Assembly (NCBI GenBank): GCA_003697135.1
Contig: RFGC01000038.1
Location: forward strand, 162,320 to 226,319
DNA length: 64,000 nt
Direction of reading: 5' to 3'
Source: Acidobacteriota bacterium
GTDB taxonomy: Bacteria > Acidobacteriota > Blastocatellia > Pyrinomonadales > Pyrinomonadaceae
Each line of letters begins with the position of its first letter. The stretch's first letter is position 1. Positions 13,068 through 22,244 of this stretch are shown here, one piece after another. The position numbers and the translations under genes were made by a program. Under the pieces are notes generated by a model that did no database searches, had not been told where the DNA came from, and saw only the letters and a program-made list of their open reading frames with translations.

Positions 13068-14813
13068 ATGACTCAAAATTTAAGGCTTAAAAAAACGCAT
13101 CTATCAGCCAGAAGTTTTGTGCCGTTCTTTTTGCGAGTGACTTTTCTTTTCTTGGCTGTCTTGCTGATTTTTCATCACGGTTTTTCTCAGCGCCGATTTC
13201 GTGAGCGTCCGAGTGAATCAGGCGGGCCTTTGATTTACGAGCAAGCGGCTTATGACGTTTTGAGCTATTCGATCTCGCTGGAGATTTTTCCTGAAAACCG
13301 CTCAATTTCAGGCTCGGTTTTGATAACTGCAAAAATCGTCCAACCAGTGGCGTTTTTTGTTGTTGATTTGGAAGATGTGTTCACTATCTCGAAAGTTCAA
13401 CTCGTAGAAAATCGAGCATCGCAAGAACTGAAATTCAATCGAGTTGAAGGGAAAATCTGGATAAAGTTGCCGGTGACGAAGCAACCTGGTGAGTTGGTTG
13501 CAATTAGGATTTTTTATTCCGGCAAACCTCGCATAGCTCCGAACCCGCCTTGGGTAGGTGGTTTCGTGTGGGAAAAAACAAAAGAAGGGTTTGATTGGAT
13601 AGGCGTTGCTTGCCAAAGCGACGGAGCAGACGTTTGGCTGCCGGTAAAGGACCATCCCTCGGATAAACCAAATTCAGTTTCTTTGCAAATCACCGTGCCC
13701 AAACCACTTTACGTAGCTTCAAACGGTAGATTGATAAAGGTAGAAGAAAACGCAAACGGAAAACGAACGTTCTACTGGCAAATGTCAAGCCCGATAAACA
13801 ATTACAACATTACGATAAACGTTGCACCTTACAAGCTAGTAAAGGACTCATACAGGAGCATTGACGGAAAAGTTTTCCCGATTATTTTTTATGTTCTTCC
13901 AGAAAATTACGAAAAAGCGAAAAACTTAATCGAGCAGACGAAAAAATTTTTAGCATTTTACGAAAAGTTTTTAGGCCCATATCCGTTTCGTAGCGAAAAA
14001 CTGGGCATCGCACAAACTCCATATCTCGGAATGGAGCATTCGACCATAATTTCTTACGGAAACAATTTTCAAAATAATTCTTACGGATTCGACTGGTTGC
14101 TACTTCACGAATTAGGGCATGAATGGTGGGGAAATCTGGTTACAAATTCGGACTGGAGAGATTTTTGGCTTCATGAAGGTTTCCAATCTTTCATGGATAC
14201 GCTTTATGTTGAGGAAATTCAAGGCAAGAAAGCTTATTTTGAAGAGATGCAGAAAAGAGTCAAAAGAATCCGAAACAAACAACCCGTTGCGCCGCGAGAG
14301 CCAAAGTTTGCCTATCAGGTTTATATGGCAGAACCTGATTACACTTCAAGCGACGGTGATATTTACGACAAAGGCGCTATAGTGCTTCATACGCTTCGCT
14401 TCCTCGTAGGTGATGAAGCATTTTTCCGTTCGCTCAGGAAAATGGCTTATCCGATAAAGAAAATGGAGACCATAACTGACGGCACTCAAGTTCGTTTTGC
14501 AACAACCGATGATTTCAAGCACATAGTCGAAACCGAGTCGGGCATGGATTTGGATTGGTTTTTTGAAGTTTATCTTCGTCAACCAGAGCTACCTAAACTC
14601 ATAGTTGAAAAAACCGAAACAGGGAAAACAAAAATTTATTGGGAAACGCCCAAAAATTTGTCCTTCCCGATGCCGATTGAGATTGAAATTGAAGGCAAAA
14701 TCCAAAAATTTCAGATGAAAAAAGCCATCGAAATCTCTCAAGCAAACATAAAAGTTGATCCGAAAGGCTGGATTCTGAAAGAGGAAGAATATCGCAGTAA
14801 GACTTCACCTTAG
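13068..14813 (+). CDS. M1-family zinc metallopeptidase (aminopeptidase N-like), membrane-anchored or secreted
   Basis: HELGHEWWGN followed 18 residues later by E (WLHEGF), i.e. HEXXH-X18-E. N-terminal hydrophobic anchor. Start chosen at ATG 13068, 9 nt after GAGGAA. ATG 13059 (ATGA overlap with the GT2 stop) and TTG 13047 are alternatives. Confidence 0.88.
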   Translation: MTQNLRLKKTHLSARSFVPFFLRVTFLFLAVLLIFHHGFSQRRFRERPSESGGPLIYEQAAYDVLSYSISLEIFPENRSISGSVLITAKIVQPVAFFVVDLEDVFTISKVQLVENRASQELKFNRVEGKIWIKLPVTKQPGELVAIRIFYSGKPRIAPNPPWVGGFVWEKTKEGFDWIGVACQSDGADVWLPVKDHPSDKPNSVSLQITVPKPLYVASNGRLIKVEENANGKRTFYWQMSSPINNYNITINVAPYKLVKDSYRSIDGKVFPIIFYVLPENYEKAKNLIEQTKKFLAFYEKFLGPYPFRSEKLGIAQTPYLGMEHSTIISYGNNFQNNSYGFDWLLLHELGHEWWGNLVTNSDWRDFWLHEGFQSFMDTLYVEEIQGKKAYFEEMQKRVKRIRNKQPVAPREPKFAYQVYMAEPDYTSSDGDIYDKGAIVLHTLRFLVGDEAFFRSLRKMAYPIKKMETITDGTQVRFATTDDFKHIVETESGMDLDWFFEVYLRQPELPKLIVEKTETGKTKIYWETPKNLSFPMPIEIEIEGKIQKFQMKKAIEISQANIKVDPKGWILKEEEYRSKTSP

Positions 14814-16292
14814 CCTTGAAAGCATTTGATACAGAGCGTGTTTTTCTGATTCATTAAGTTCAAATCCTGCCTTTTCGTAAACATTGTAGCAGGAAGCAAG
14901 AGCTGTTGCTCTTAAGGCTTCATCTCGGATTGATGCGATTGTTTGTAGGTTTTCAAACATAGCGTTTCGTGCTTTTTCAACCTCACCGTGTTGCAAGAAA
15001 CGCTCGGCAATCTCGTTGTAAGCATTTGACCTCGAAGATAGCTGAGGAACTGTCTCGACCAGTTCATAAGCACGATTTACAAATTTCAAAGCCTCATTTT
15101 TCAATCCCAAAGATGCCTTTGCATCAGAAACAGCAATCAAGGCAAACATTCTTCCATCTTCTTGGTTTATGGCGATGATGCTTTGCTCAACCATGTCATC
15201 TTTATTTTGAAGTGCAAAAATTTGGGCAATTTGCGAAAGTGCCGTTACTTGTTCGCTTTCGTCTTCAATCTCTTGTGCTATTTCGATTGCTCTTTCGCCT
15301 TTGCCGAGTTTTGCAAACTCAATGGCTATCAATCTGAAAAGCCCAAATCTTTCCTTACTCGAACGTATTTCGCTCTGCGATTGCGACTTCAAAATCTGAT
15401 AGGCTTCTTCCAAAGTCTCCAACGCTTCATTGAGATCGCCGTTTGCAAAAAAGTGGTCTGCAAAACCAATCAAAGTTGAGGAGATTTTAGCTTTATCTGA
15501 CACTAAATCAAGCGTTCTATCAGCAATTTCCAAACTTCCCGCATGTAAAAATCCAAGTGCTATATGCGAGAGAAGATTCTCGCGAGCTGTTTCTTCCAAT
15601 CTTTCGGCTCTTTGTCTTGCTTTCTCAAGTATTTCTATTGCTCTATCTTTCCTACCTAATCGAATAAAAATCTCCGCTGTTTCTTGCAGCGCATTTATCG
15701 CATCAATCTCATAGTCAATTTCTTCTATGAAATCACATGCTTGAATAAGAAAATTGATTGATTCTTCTCTTTTGCCTTGCTTTAACAAAATTTCGCTCAA
15801 GCCTTGCAAAGCCAAGACCTTTTCGGAAGGAAGCAAAATTTGCTCGATCAACTTCTTACTTTTTTCGATGTCTCCTTTTTCGGCATATTTCAAGGCGATT
15901 TCTCCATAGATTTTCTCAGGCGTATCAATCATTTCCGCAATCTTGAAAGCCTTGTCGAATTGGCTTTTCTCGATTTTTTGAAGAGCTATTTTTTCAAGCG
16001 CTTCTATGCGGATAGCCTCATCGTCAATTGCTTCGGAAAGCTGAAGTGCGTATTCATCATCGTCTATGGCGGCGCACCTTTCTGCTGTAAGCATTAGGAG
16101 ATAGTCACGAACGAAAGGGTCTTGAACGCTGTCGGAAAGTTCAGCCGCAAGATCAACTTCATCTTTTTGCAAATAAAGCGGAACAATCTTGCCAATCGCT
16201 TCCGCATAGCCATCGCTACTATCAATCTTCTCGGCTAAATACAATGCCGCTTTCAAAACGTCCTCTTTTGCTTCTTCCAACTCAAAATGCAT
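14805..16292 (-). CDS. Hypothetical all-helical repeat (TPR/HEAT-like) protein
   Basis: 495-aa acidic ORF with repeated ~35-40-aa helical units (..A..AL..IA..F...G....A...). Its 3' end overlaps the convergent M1 peptidase by 9 bp. Confidence 0.72.
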   Translation of the reverse strand: MHFELEEAKEDVLKAALYLAEKIDSSDGYAEAIGKIVPLYLQKDEVDLAAELSDSVQDPFVRDYLLMLTAERCAAIDDDEYALQLSEAIDDEAIRIEALEKIALQKIEKSQFDKAFKIAEMIDTPEKIYGEIALKYAEKGDIEKSKKLIEQILLPSEKVLALQGLSEILLKQGKREESINFLIQACDFIEEIDYEIDAINALQETAEIFIRLGRKDRAIEILEKARQRAERLEETARENLLSHIALGFLHAGSLEIADRTLDLVSDKAKISSTLIGFADHFFANGDLNEALETLEEAYQILKSQSQSEIRSSKERFGLFRLIAIEFAKLGKGERAIEIAQEIEDESEQVTALSQIAQIFALQNKDDMVEQSIIAINQEDGRMFALIAVSDAKASLGLKNEALKFVNRAYELVETVPQLSSRSNAYNEIAERFLQHGEVEKARNAMFENLQTIASIRDEALRATALASCYNVYEKAGFELNESEKHALYQMLSRLR

Positions 16293-16360
16293 AGGTTTAC
16301 TGTAGCCTTGTGAAATCTCTCAAAATATCAAACGCAAATCTGAAATCGAATTTGGCTATT

Positions 16361-17797
16361 TCAGAAGATAATCCGATACTTTTTCACCAATGCTTCAGCG
16401 GTTAGCTGTGAAATATCGTTTATGTAAATGTCAGCATTTTTTTCGGCTTCTTCTGGATTCATCTGCTTGAGCCTTTCGCCCAGTTCGTATATCTCTGATG
16501 CCTTTTCGCCTAGATTTTCCAAGTGCGCGCAGAGAAGTTTATGCCCGTCTTTTTTGATGATGACCTCAAGCGCATCTAAAACTTGTCTGTGAGGAGTTCC
16601 CTCCCAGATCGGCAAAATCATTGCTTCACGTAATAGTCTTTCGACCGGATATTCGCTCAAAACGCCCATTCCGCCGTTGACTTCCATTGCCCACTTGCAA
16701 TTTTGAACCGCAATTTCGGCAGTCCAGAATTTCGCAAGATGCGTTAGAAGCCTGAAGAGCGTGTATTTTTCCGAGTAAGGCGGCTTTTGAAACAATACTT
16801 CATCAAGCATCAAAACACATTCCCAAGCCAAAGCAAAGGCTTTTAGGAGTTGGGAAGATTTATCTTCAAACTGCCTTTTGAGAAGCGGATGGTCTATGAT
16901 GCTCTTACCAAAAGCCACTCTTCTACTGGCGAATTTCTGGGCTTCGTAAACAGCTCTTTGGGCAAGTGCGACACTACCAATGCTGTTAGCCACTCTCGAT
17001 ATATTCAGAGCTTCCAAAATCAAGTAAATGCCCCATTCTTCTTTGCCGATAAGATAGCCTTCAGAATTTTTCAATTCGATTTCGCCTGTTGGCACGCTTC
17101 TGGTGCCTATTTTGTCTTTTATCCTTCTGATAAAGTAGTTCAAAGTCCCGTCCTTTTTGTATCTAGGCACTAAAAACAGCGAAAGATTCTTGACATGTTT
17201 GGGTTTATCCTTGACTCTGGCGGCAACTATCGCAAGCTCAGCTCCGGCGTTACTGGAAAAATACTTCTCACCATTGAGCGTCCATTTATCGTTGTTGTAT
17301 TCGGCAATCGTTTCAACATTATTTGCAAGGTCTGAACCGCCGCCCGCTTCCGTCATCCACGTTGCACCTTGCCATAGGTTATCGTTCTTCCTTATCATCT
17401 TCGGAAAATACTCGTCACGAACCTTTTCATCTGCATATTTGTAAACGCTCATCGCAGTAGCCATCGAAACGGTGTAAGGACAATAAAGCCCAGGATCGAA
17501 AAATGAAGTCACATAGCCCAATATGTAAAAAAACTTCAAAGATTTTTCCTCGAAAGGACGAGCAATTATTCCCATTCTGTAGGCTTTGTGGAGCATTCTG
17601 TAGTATTCCGAAGGATAAAGCAGTTCATCTGTTCTGTTGCCGAATCTATCGAACATTTTCAGATGAACCGTTCCCATTCTGTCAACGCTTTCTGAAATTT
17701 TTAAGCCCTCTTCAAAAAACCAATTTTCATAATCTCGGATTTCTTCGCCCAAGTTTATGTCGAAAAGCTCCAAAAATGCAGTCGGTGTTAGTTTCAT
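16361..17797 (-). CDS. Acyl-CoA dehydrogenase family protein
   Basis: MTEAGGGSD matches the ACAD signature [LIVM][ST]E-x2-[GSAN]G[ST]D. The C-terminal helical domain (RQVLDALE...) is typical. Confidence 0.9.
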   Translation of the reverse strand: MKLTPTAFLELFDINLGEEIRDYENWFFEEGLKISESVDRMGTVHLKMFDRFGNRTDELLYPSEYYRMLHKAYRMGIIARPFEEKSLKFFYILGYVTSFFDPGLYCPYTVSMATAMSVYKYADEKVRDEYFPKMIRKNDNLWQGATWMTEAGGGSDLANNVETIAEYNNDKWTLNGEKYFSSNAGAELAIVAARVKDKPKHVKNLSLFLVPRYKKDGTLNYFIRRIKDKIGTRSVPTGEIELKNSEGYLIGKEEWGIYLILEALNISRVANSIGSVALAQRAVYEAQKFASRRVAFGKSIIDHPLLKRQFEDKSSQLLKAFALAWECVLMLDEVLFQKPPYSEKYTLFRLLTHLAKFWTAEIAVQNCKWAMEVNGGMGVLSEYPVERLLREAMILPIWEGTPHRQVLDALEVIIKKDGHKLLCAHLENLGEKASEIYELGERLKQMNPEEAEKNADIYINDISQLTAEALVKKYRIIF

Positions 17798-17856
17798 AAG
17801 TTTTTGAAGAGATTATATCATTTCCGCGATTTTACAGCCCAATTTTTGAAGTCTTT

Positions 17857-18564
17857 TCAAGGTCTGCCTGGCTTTTTAGCAGAAGAACGCTTTTTATTCT
17901 TTTTCTGAAGAGAATCTATTTCGGAAAACGGAATGTCATAGATTGCATACTCTTGCCAATCCTTGTAATCAAAATGCCACCATTCGTAAGGATTGACCGT
18001 GAAGCCTTCTTCCTGCATCACTTTTATCAGCAAATCACGATTTCGTCTTTCTTCCTGCGTTCCGCCTTGATAGCTTGGCGAAGCCCGTTCGGTGAATTCA
18101 TCGTATTCAGAAGGCATGGGCAGGAGTTTTCCAGTTTTCAAATCATAAAGGCTCAAGTCAACGGCACAGCCGCGGTTGTGCTTAGAACCTTTCGCAGGAT
18201 CGGCAACAAAATTTCTTTTTTCGGGCGGTGTAACTTCCCAAAAGAGCTTCGTAACGGACCAAGGACGGTAGGCATCGAAAATCACCAGTCCAAGCCCCAT
18301 TTTCTTCAGCTTTCTGTGAACTCTAACCAGAGCTTCAGCCGCAGGACGTTGCAAAAAAGCCCTAGCTTCGCTATAAACCGCTCTGCCTACGAAGTTGTTG
18401 CTCGTTGCGTATCTTATATCAAGTTTTATCGTTTTATCGAGCTTTATCAATTCGACCAAGTCCGCCTCCCTTTTGTTTTCTTCTTTCGGTGGTTGAATTT
18501 CCTGAGCAAAAGTAGCCGCAAGAAAAACAAGAAAAACCGAAGCTACCAGAACTTTTGCTTTCAT
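17857..18564 (-). CDS. D-alanyl-D-alanine dipeptidase (VanX/DdpX, peptidase M15D), secreted
   Basis: Signal peptide. Zn ligand motif GSKHNRGCAVDLSL (SxHxxGxAxD) and EWWHFDY. Confidence 0.9.
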   Translation of the reverse strand: MKAKVLVASVFLVFLAATFAQEIQPPKEENKREADLVELIKLDKTIKLDIRYATSNNFVGRAVYSEARAFLQRPAAEALVRVHRKLKKMGLGLVIFDAYRPWSVTKLFWEVTPPEKRNFVADPAKGSKHNRGCAVDLSLYDLKTGKLLPMPSEYDEFTERASPSYQGGTQEERRNRDLLIKVMQEEGFTVNPYEWWHFDYKDWQEYAIYDIPFSEIDSLQKKNKKRSSAKKPGRP

Positions 18565-18709
18565 AGAAACCAGATTATAAGCTATTTGCGAATTAAATTC
18601 CCTAGCCGATTTATCGGTTTGTGAGAAAAGACAATTGCAGATTCTGTCTTTCCTTTAGCAACAGAAACCGTTGCATTCAGCGTTATTTCCAAGCTAAATT
18701 GAATAGAGT

Positions 18710-20503
18710 ATGAGACTAAACGGCAAAATACTCGCTCTCTTTTTCATGCTCTTTTCTTTGGTTTCCTTCGGTCAAACCCAGCCGAAAGGGACCAAAGAAA
18801 AGACCACAAGAGAACTTCAAAGAAAGCAGGCTGTATTGATTCTGAAGAACAACCTGCTGAATTCAAAAAGCATTGCAAACAAATATCAGCAAACCGATGT
18901 AATCGCTCAGGCTTTTTTGGCACTGTGGAATGAAGATCGTCGTTTCGCCACGGATTTCCTCATGGAGTCAATAAAATCCGACCTAAAAAGTTATGAATCT
19001 TTATTGGAGAAAGAATCTGAAGAAAAATCCGAAGAAAAAGAAGAACTTGCGTATTCCATAAATACGAAAATAAAGGCACTTGCGAAAAAGGAAGTAGCGG
19101 CTGCGGATTCTTTGATGAAAGAGTTTATCCGAATGAAATCAAACGAAATACTTTCTCAGCAAGACCTCAACCAAAGAATGAAAATAGCGATGGAAGGATT
19201 TGATCCGGAAAATCCTCAACATTTGCTCCTTATGACTCAAATAATCGAAATCGGCATCCCAGACATTTTCCCAAAGTTCATAGTAGATTTAAGCCTTAAA
19301 AAACCTGATGTAGCAAATCAAATAGTTCAACAAGCAATCAGAAATCTATCAAGCAGAAACTCTTACAAACTCAGGCACGCAATTTTAATCAGCACGTTGG
19401 TTTTCAAGGAAAACATGCTCTTAATTCCTGTTTTGGAAGAAAACTCAGATGAATTTTTCGTGCTAACAACTCCTTTAGCCGATGCTCCAAAACTTAGGAA
19501 CTCCGATAATCCTGAAACTTTCAGGAATCTAATAACAAATTTTCTTTCATCGTGCATTAGATTTTTCCAGAATAAGCTCCAAGACTCGGTAAACACGGGA
19601 TTCAACGAAAGAAACGAAGTTTTTCAGGCTTACTTTTTGCTGAAGAAAATCCAAGCCTATAGCAATACTCTCAACCTTCCTCAAGATGCATGGGCAGGCA
19701 TCGAAACTCAATTAAGCTTACAGTGCCAACAGGCAAATCTGTCATCGCAGATTTTATCCGATGTAAAGGCTTACGCTGAACGACTCGCCTTTTCAAATAA
19801 TCCGCTCGCTATTGACGATGGAACGACTAGCCTCAAAAAGGCTGAAGAAGCAACCGACCCAAGACAAAAAATCATTCACCTAATTGATGCTGTAGTTCTC
19901 ATGATTCAAAGAAGGAAGTTCGACGAAGCAGAAAAGAAAATATCAGAAATCCCAATCGAAGAACTCCGCAAGCCTTTGAAGAATTTTCTGAACCTGCAAT
20001 TATCGCTGGTTTATCTCGACGAAAAAAATTGGCTTGATTTTGAAAAGCAGGTCTCTCAAATAGATGATGAAACCGTAAAAACTTACCTTTACTTGAAGGC
20101 TATCGAAAAGAATCCGAAAGAAATTCGTTATTCTTTGGAGCTGAGAAAATCAATCGAAAAAATTGACAATCCGACCACAAAAACAGCCGCTTATTTTACA
20201 CTTGTTTCAACCTTGCTTAAGTTGAAGCATAAAGATTTCGATACCGTCTTCTTCGACGCATTGAAAGCTCTAAATCAGACGCCAGACTACGAAGAACAAC
20301 CCTTTGGAGTAGAAATAAAAATAATCCCGCTTGAAAGAATTATTTTCGCCTCTTATTTTCAGGAAAATGCCTTCAGAGACACTTTTGCAAACCTGGCAAA
20401 GAGAAACTGGGAAATCGCAAAAGTCCGCTCTTCAGACATCAAAGCCCAGGGACTGAGAGCAATCGCCGAAGTAACAGCCGCTTCGGCTATGCTAGAGCAA
20501 TAA
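18710..20503 (+). CDS. Hypothetical secreted helical protein
   Basis: 597-aa ORF with signal peptide MRLNGKILALFFMLFSLVSFGQ. No recognisable catalytic motif. Its stop codon is 7 bp from the first CRISPR repeat. Confidence 0.75.
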   Translation: MRLNGKILALFFMLFSLVSFGQTQPKGTKEKTTRELQRKQAVLILKNNLLNSKSIANKYQQTDVIAQAFLALWNEDRRFATDFLMESIKSDLKSYESLLEKESEEKSEEKEELAYSINTKIKALAKKEVAAADSLMKEFIRMKSNEILSQQDLNQRMKIAMEGFDPENPQHLLLMTQIIEIGIPDIFPKFIVDLSLKKPDVANQIVQQAIRNLSSRNSYKLRHAILISTLVFKENMLLIPVLEENSDEFFVLTTPLADAPKLRNSDNPETFRNLITNFLSSCIRFFQNKLQDSVNTGFNERNEVFQAYFLLKKIQAYSNTLNLPQDAWAGIETQLSLQCQQANLSSQILSDVKAYAERLAFSNNPLAIDDGTTSLKKAEEATDPRQKIIHLIDAVVLMIQRRKFDEAEKKISEIPIEELRKPLKNFLNLQLSLVYLDEKNWLDFEKQVSQIDDETVKTYLYLKAIEKNPKEIRYSLELRKSIEKIDNPTTKTAAYFTLVSTLLKLKHKDFDTVFFDALKALNQTPDYEEQPFGVEIKIIPLERIIFASYFQENAFRDTFANLAKRNWEIAKVRSSDIKAQGLRAIAEVTAASAMLEQ

Positions 20504-20510
20504 AGATACC

Positions 20511-21933
20511 GCTTCAATGGGGCCACGACTTTTTGGTCGTGGAAATCAGTGTTGATGATTGAACGCCTAGGCCTAATGATAAGCTTCAATGGGGCCACGA
20601 CTTTTTGGTCGTGGAAATGCTGTAGAAGAAAGTATTCCTTCGATTCCTTCTGCGCTTCAATGGGGCCACGACTTTTTGGTCGTGGAAATCAGTATTCACT
20701 CGAGCAACAACGTCTTCAAAGCACGAGCTTCAATGGGGCCACGACTTTTTGGTCGTGGAAATCTTATCTCTGATTTCACACCAGTCAAACTAGAATCAGC
20801 TTCAATGGGGCCACGACTTTTTGGTCGTGGAAATAAATCCTCTGTGTTAAGAAGCTCAACGCTGAAGCTATGGCTTCAATGGGGCCACGACTTTTTGGTC
20901 GTGGAAATCTTTTCCCGAAGCCCTTCAGCTTCCATTCTCAATATAGCTTCAATGGGGCCACGACTTTTTGGTCGTGGAAATTCGTCAAAATACAGATTCC
21001 ACAGTCCGTGAGCCTCATACGCTTCAATGGGGCCACGACTTTTTGGTCGTGGAAATTTTCTTTCTGTTGTTTCTTTTTTGAAACGGCATAACTTGCTTCA
21101 ATGGGGCCACGACTTTTTGGTCGTGGAAATAAGGTTTCAACAGCATATTAAACACCCGTGAAGTTTGGCTTCAATGGGGCCACGACTTTTTGGTCGTGGA
21201 AATACGGCGTTGCACTTTCCAGTTTTGCTTGCGCAATTCATGCTTCAATGGGGCCACGACTTTTTGGTCGTGGAAATTGAAATGCCGACTCTACAGTTTT
21301 TGCAACAATTTTCTCGCTTCAATGGGGCCACGACTTTTTGGTCGTGGAAATGCGTGATGGTTACGGACTGTATGCTGATGTGGACAGCGCTTCAATGGGG
21401 CCACGACTTTTTGGTCGTGGAAATTCAATCGATTGCGGTTTGGTTACACTTAGAAGCTCGTGCTTCAATGGGGCCACGACTTTTTGGTCGTGGAAATCTT
21501 TTGTTGATGTTTGTGGCGCGGCAGTTGGGCGAAGCTTCAATGGGGCCACGACTTTTTGGTCGTGGAAATCTGTTTGCCCGTTTCAACATCAGAGAACCAG
21601 TTGATGCTTCAATGGGGCCACGACTTTTTGGTCGTGGAAATTTACCAGAATATAATATTCTCTTATTTTAGTCAAGAGCTTCAATGGGGCCACGACTTTT
21701 TGGTCGTGGAAATTTGGGTGAAGTAGTCATAGAGGGAGGAAGGGAGAGAGCTTCAATGGGGCCACGACTTTTTGGTCGTGGAAATCCGCAACAACCTCAA
21801 CAACCTCAACAACCTCAACAACCTGCTTCAATGGGGCCACGACTTTTTGGTCGTGGAAATTATCGGACGTCGTATGTGATATCATCACCACGCACCGGCT
21901 TCAATGGGGCCACGACTTTTTGGTCGTGGAAAT
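20511..21933 (-). CRISPR. CRISPR array with 20 identical 36-bp repeats and 19 spacers (35-39 bp); minus-strand direction is inferred
   Basis: GCTTCAATGGGGCCACGACTTTTTGGTCGTGGAAAT starts at 20511, 20583, 20654, 20727, 20799, 20873, 20946, 21021, 21095, 21168, 21242, 21316, 21389, 21462, 21534, 21606, 21678, 21750, 21825 and 21898, with no mismatches seen. The reverse complement ends in ATTGAAGC, which gives the strand inference. Confidence 0.98.
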
Positions 21934-22244
21934 AGTAGCTAGTATAAGAGCCGTATTTTCAAAGACCTACAAGGCAACTTTCGAGAGCCTCGCTCATTCT
22001 TTCTAAAAGTTAAACTTTTTTGCCAGGTTTGTCAAGTAAATTTTGCTTGTTTCTTCTGAATTTTGTTAAAGTTACGAAAATTCGAGAGGTTATTTTTGAA
22101 AATTTGAAGAGAATTGAGATTGCAGAATTGCTTGAAGTGCCGATTTTTAGGCTTTGGGAAGTGCTGAGAATTTTCAATTCATGTCATAAAAATCGAAAAT
22201 CTCAAAATCACCACCTAACCGCTCGAAAATTGAGTTCTATCGAA
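21934..22244 (-). promoter_or_regulatory. Putative CRISPR leader (A/T-rich non-coding flank)
   Basis: 311 bp without a credible CDS lie between the last repeat and the convergent peptidase stop. The opposite flank has only 7 bp to a stop codon. Confidence 0.45.

Noticed and set aside
17953-18624. Long antisense shadow ORFs. Examples are 17953..18624 (+), 7057..7464 (+), 8084..8416 (+), 37588..38028 (-), 47123..47599 (-), 52503..53027 (+) and 54711..55133 (+).
   Set aside because: Each lies entirely opposite a CDS with strong family motifs (VanX, MCM, FadD, GlmU/GlmS, SecA). Their composition is typical of reverse-frame translation.
20549-21935. A series of ORFs (74-168 aa) with recurring peptides MGPRLFGRGN, NGATTFWSWK and LQWGHDFLVVEI.
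   Set aside because: The recurring peptides are the three forward-frame translations of the 36-bp CRISPR repeat. The variable parts are spacers. These are not genes.
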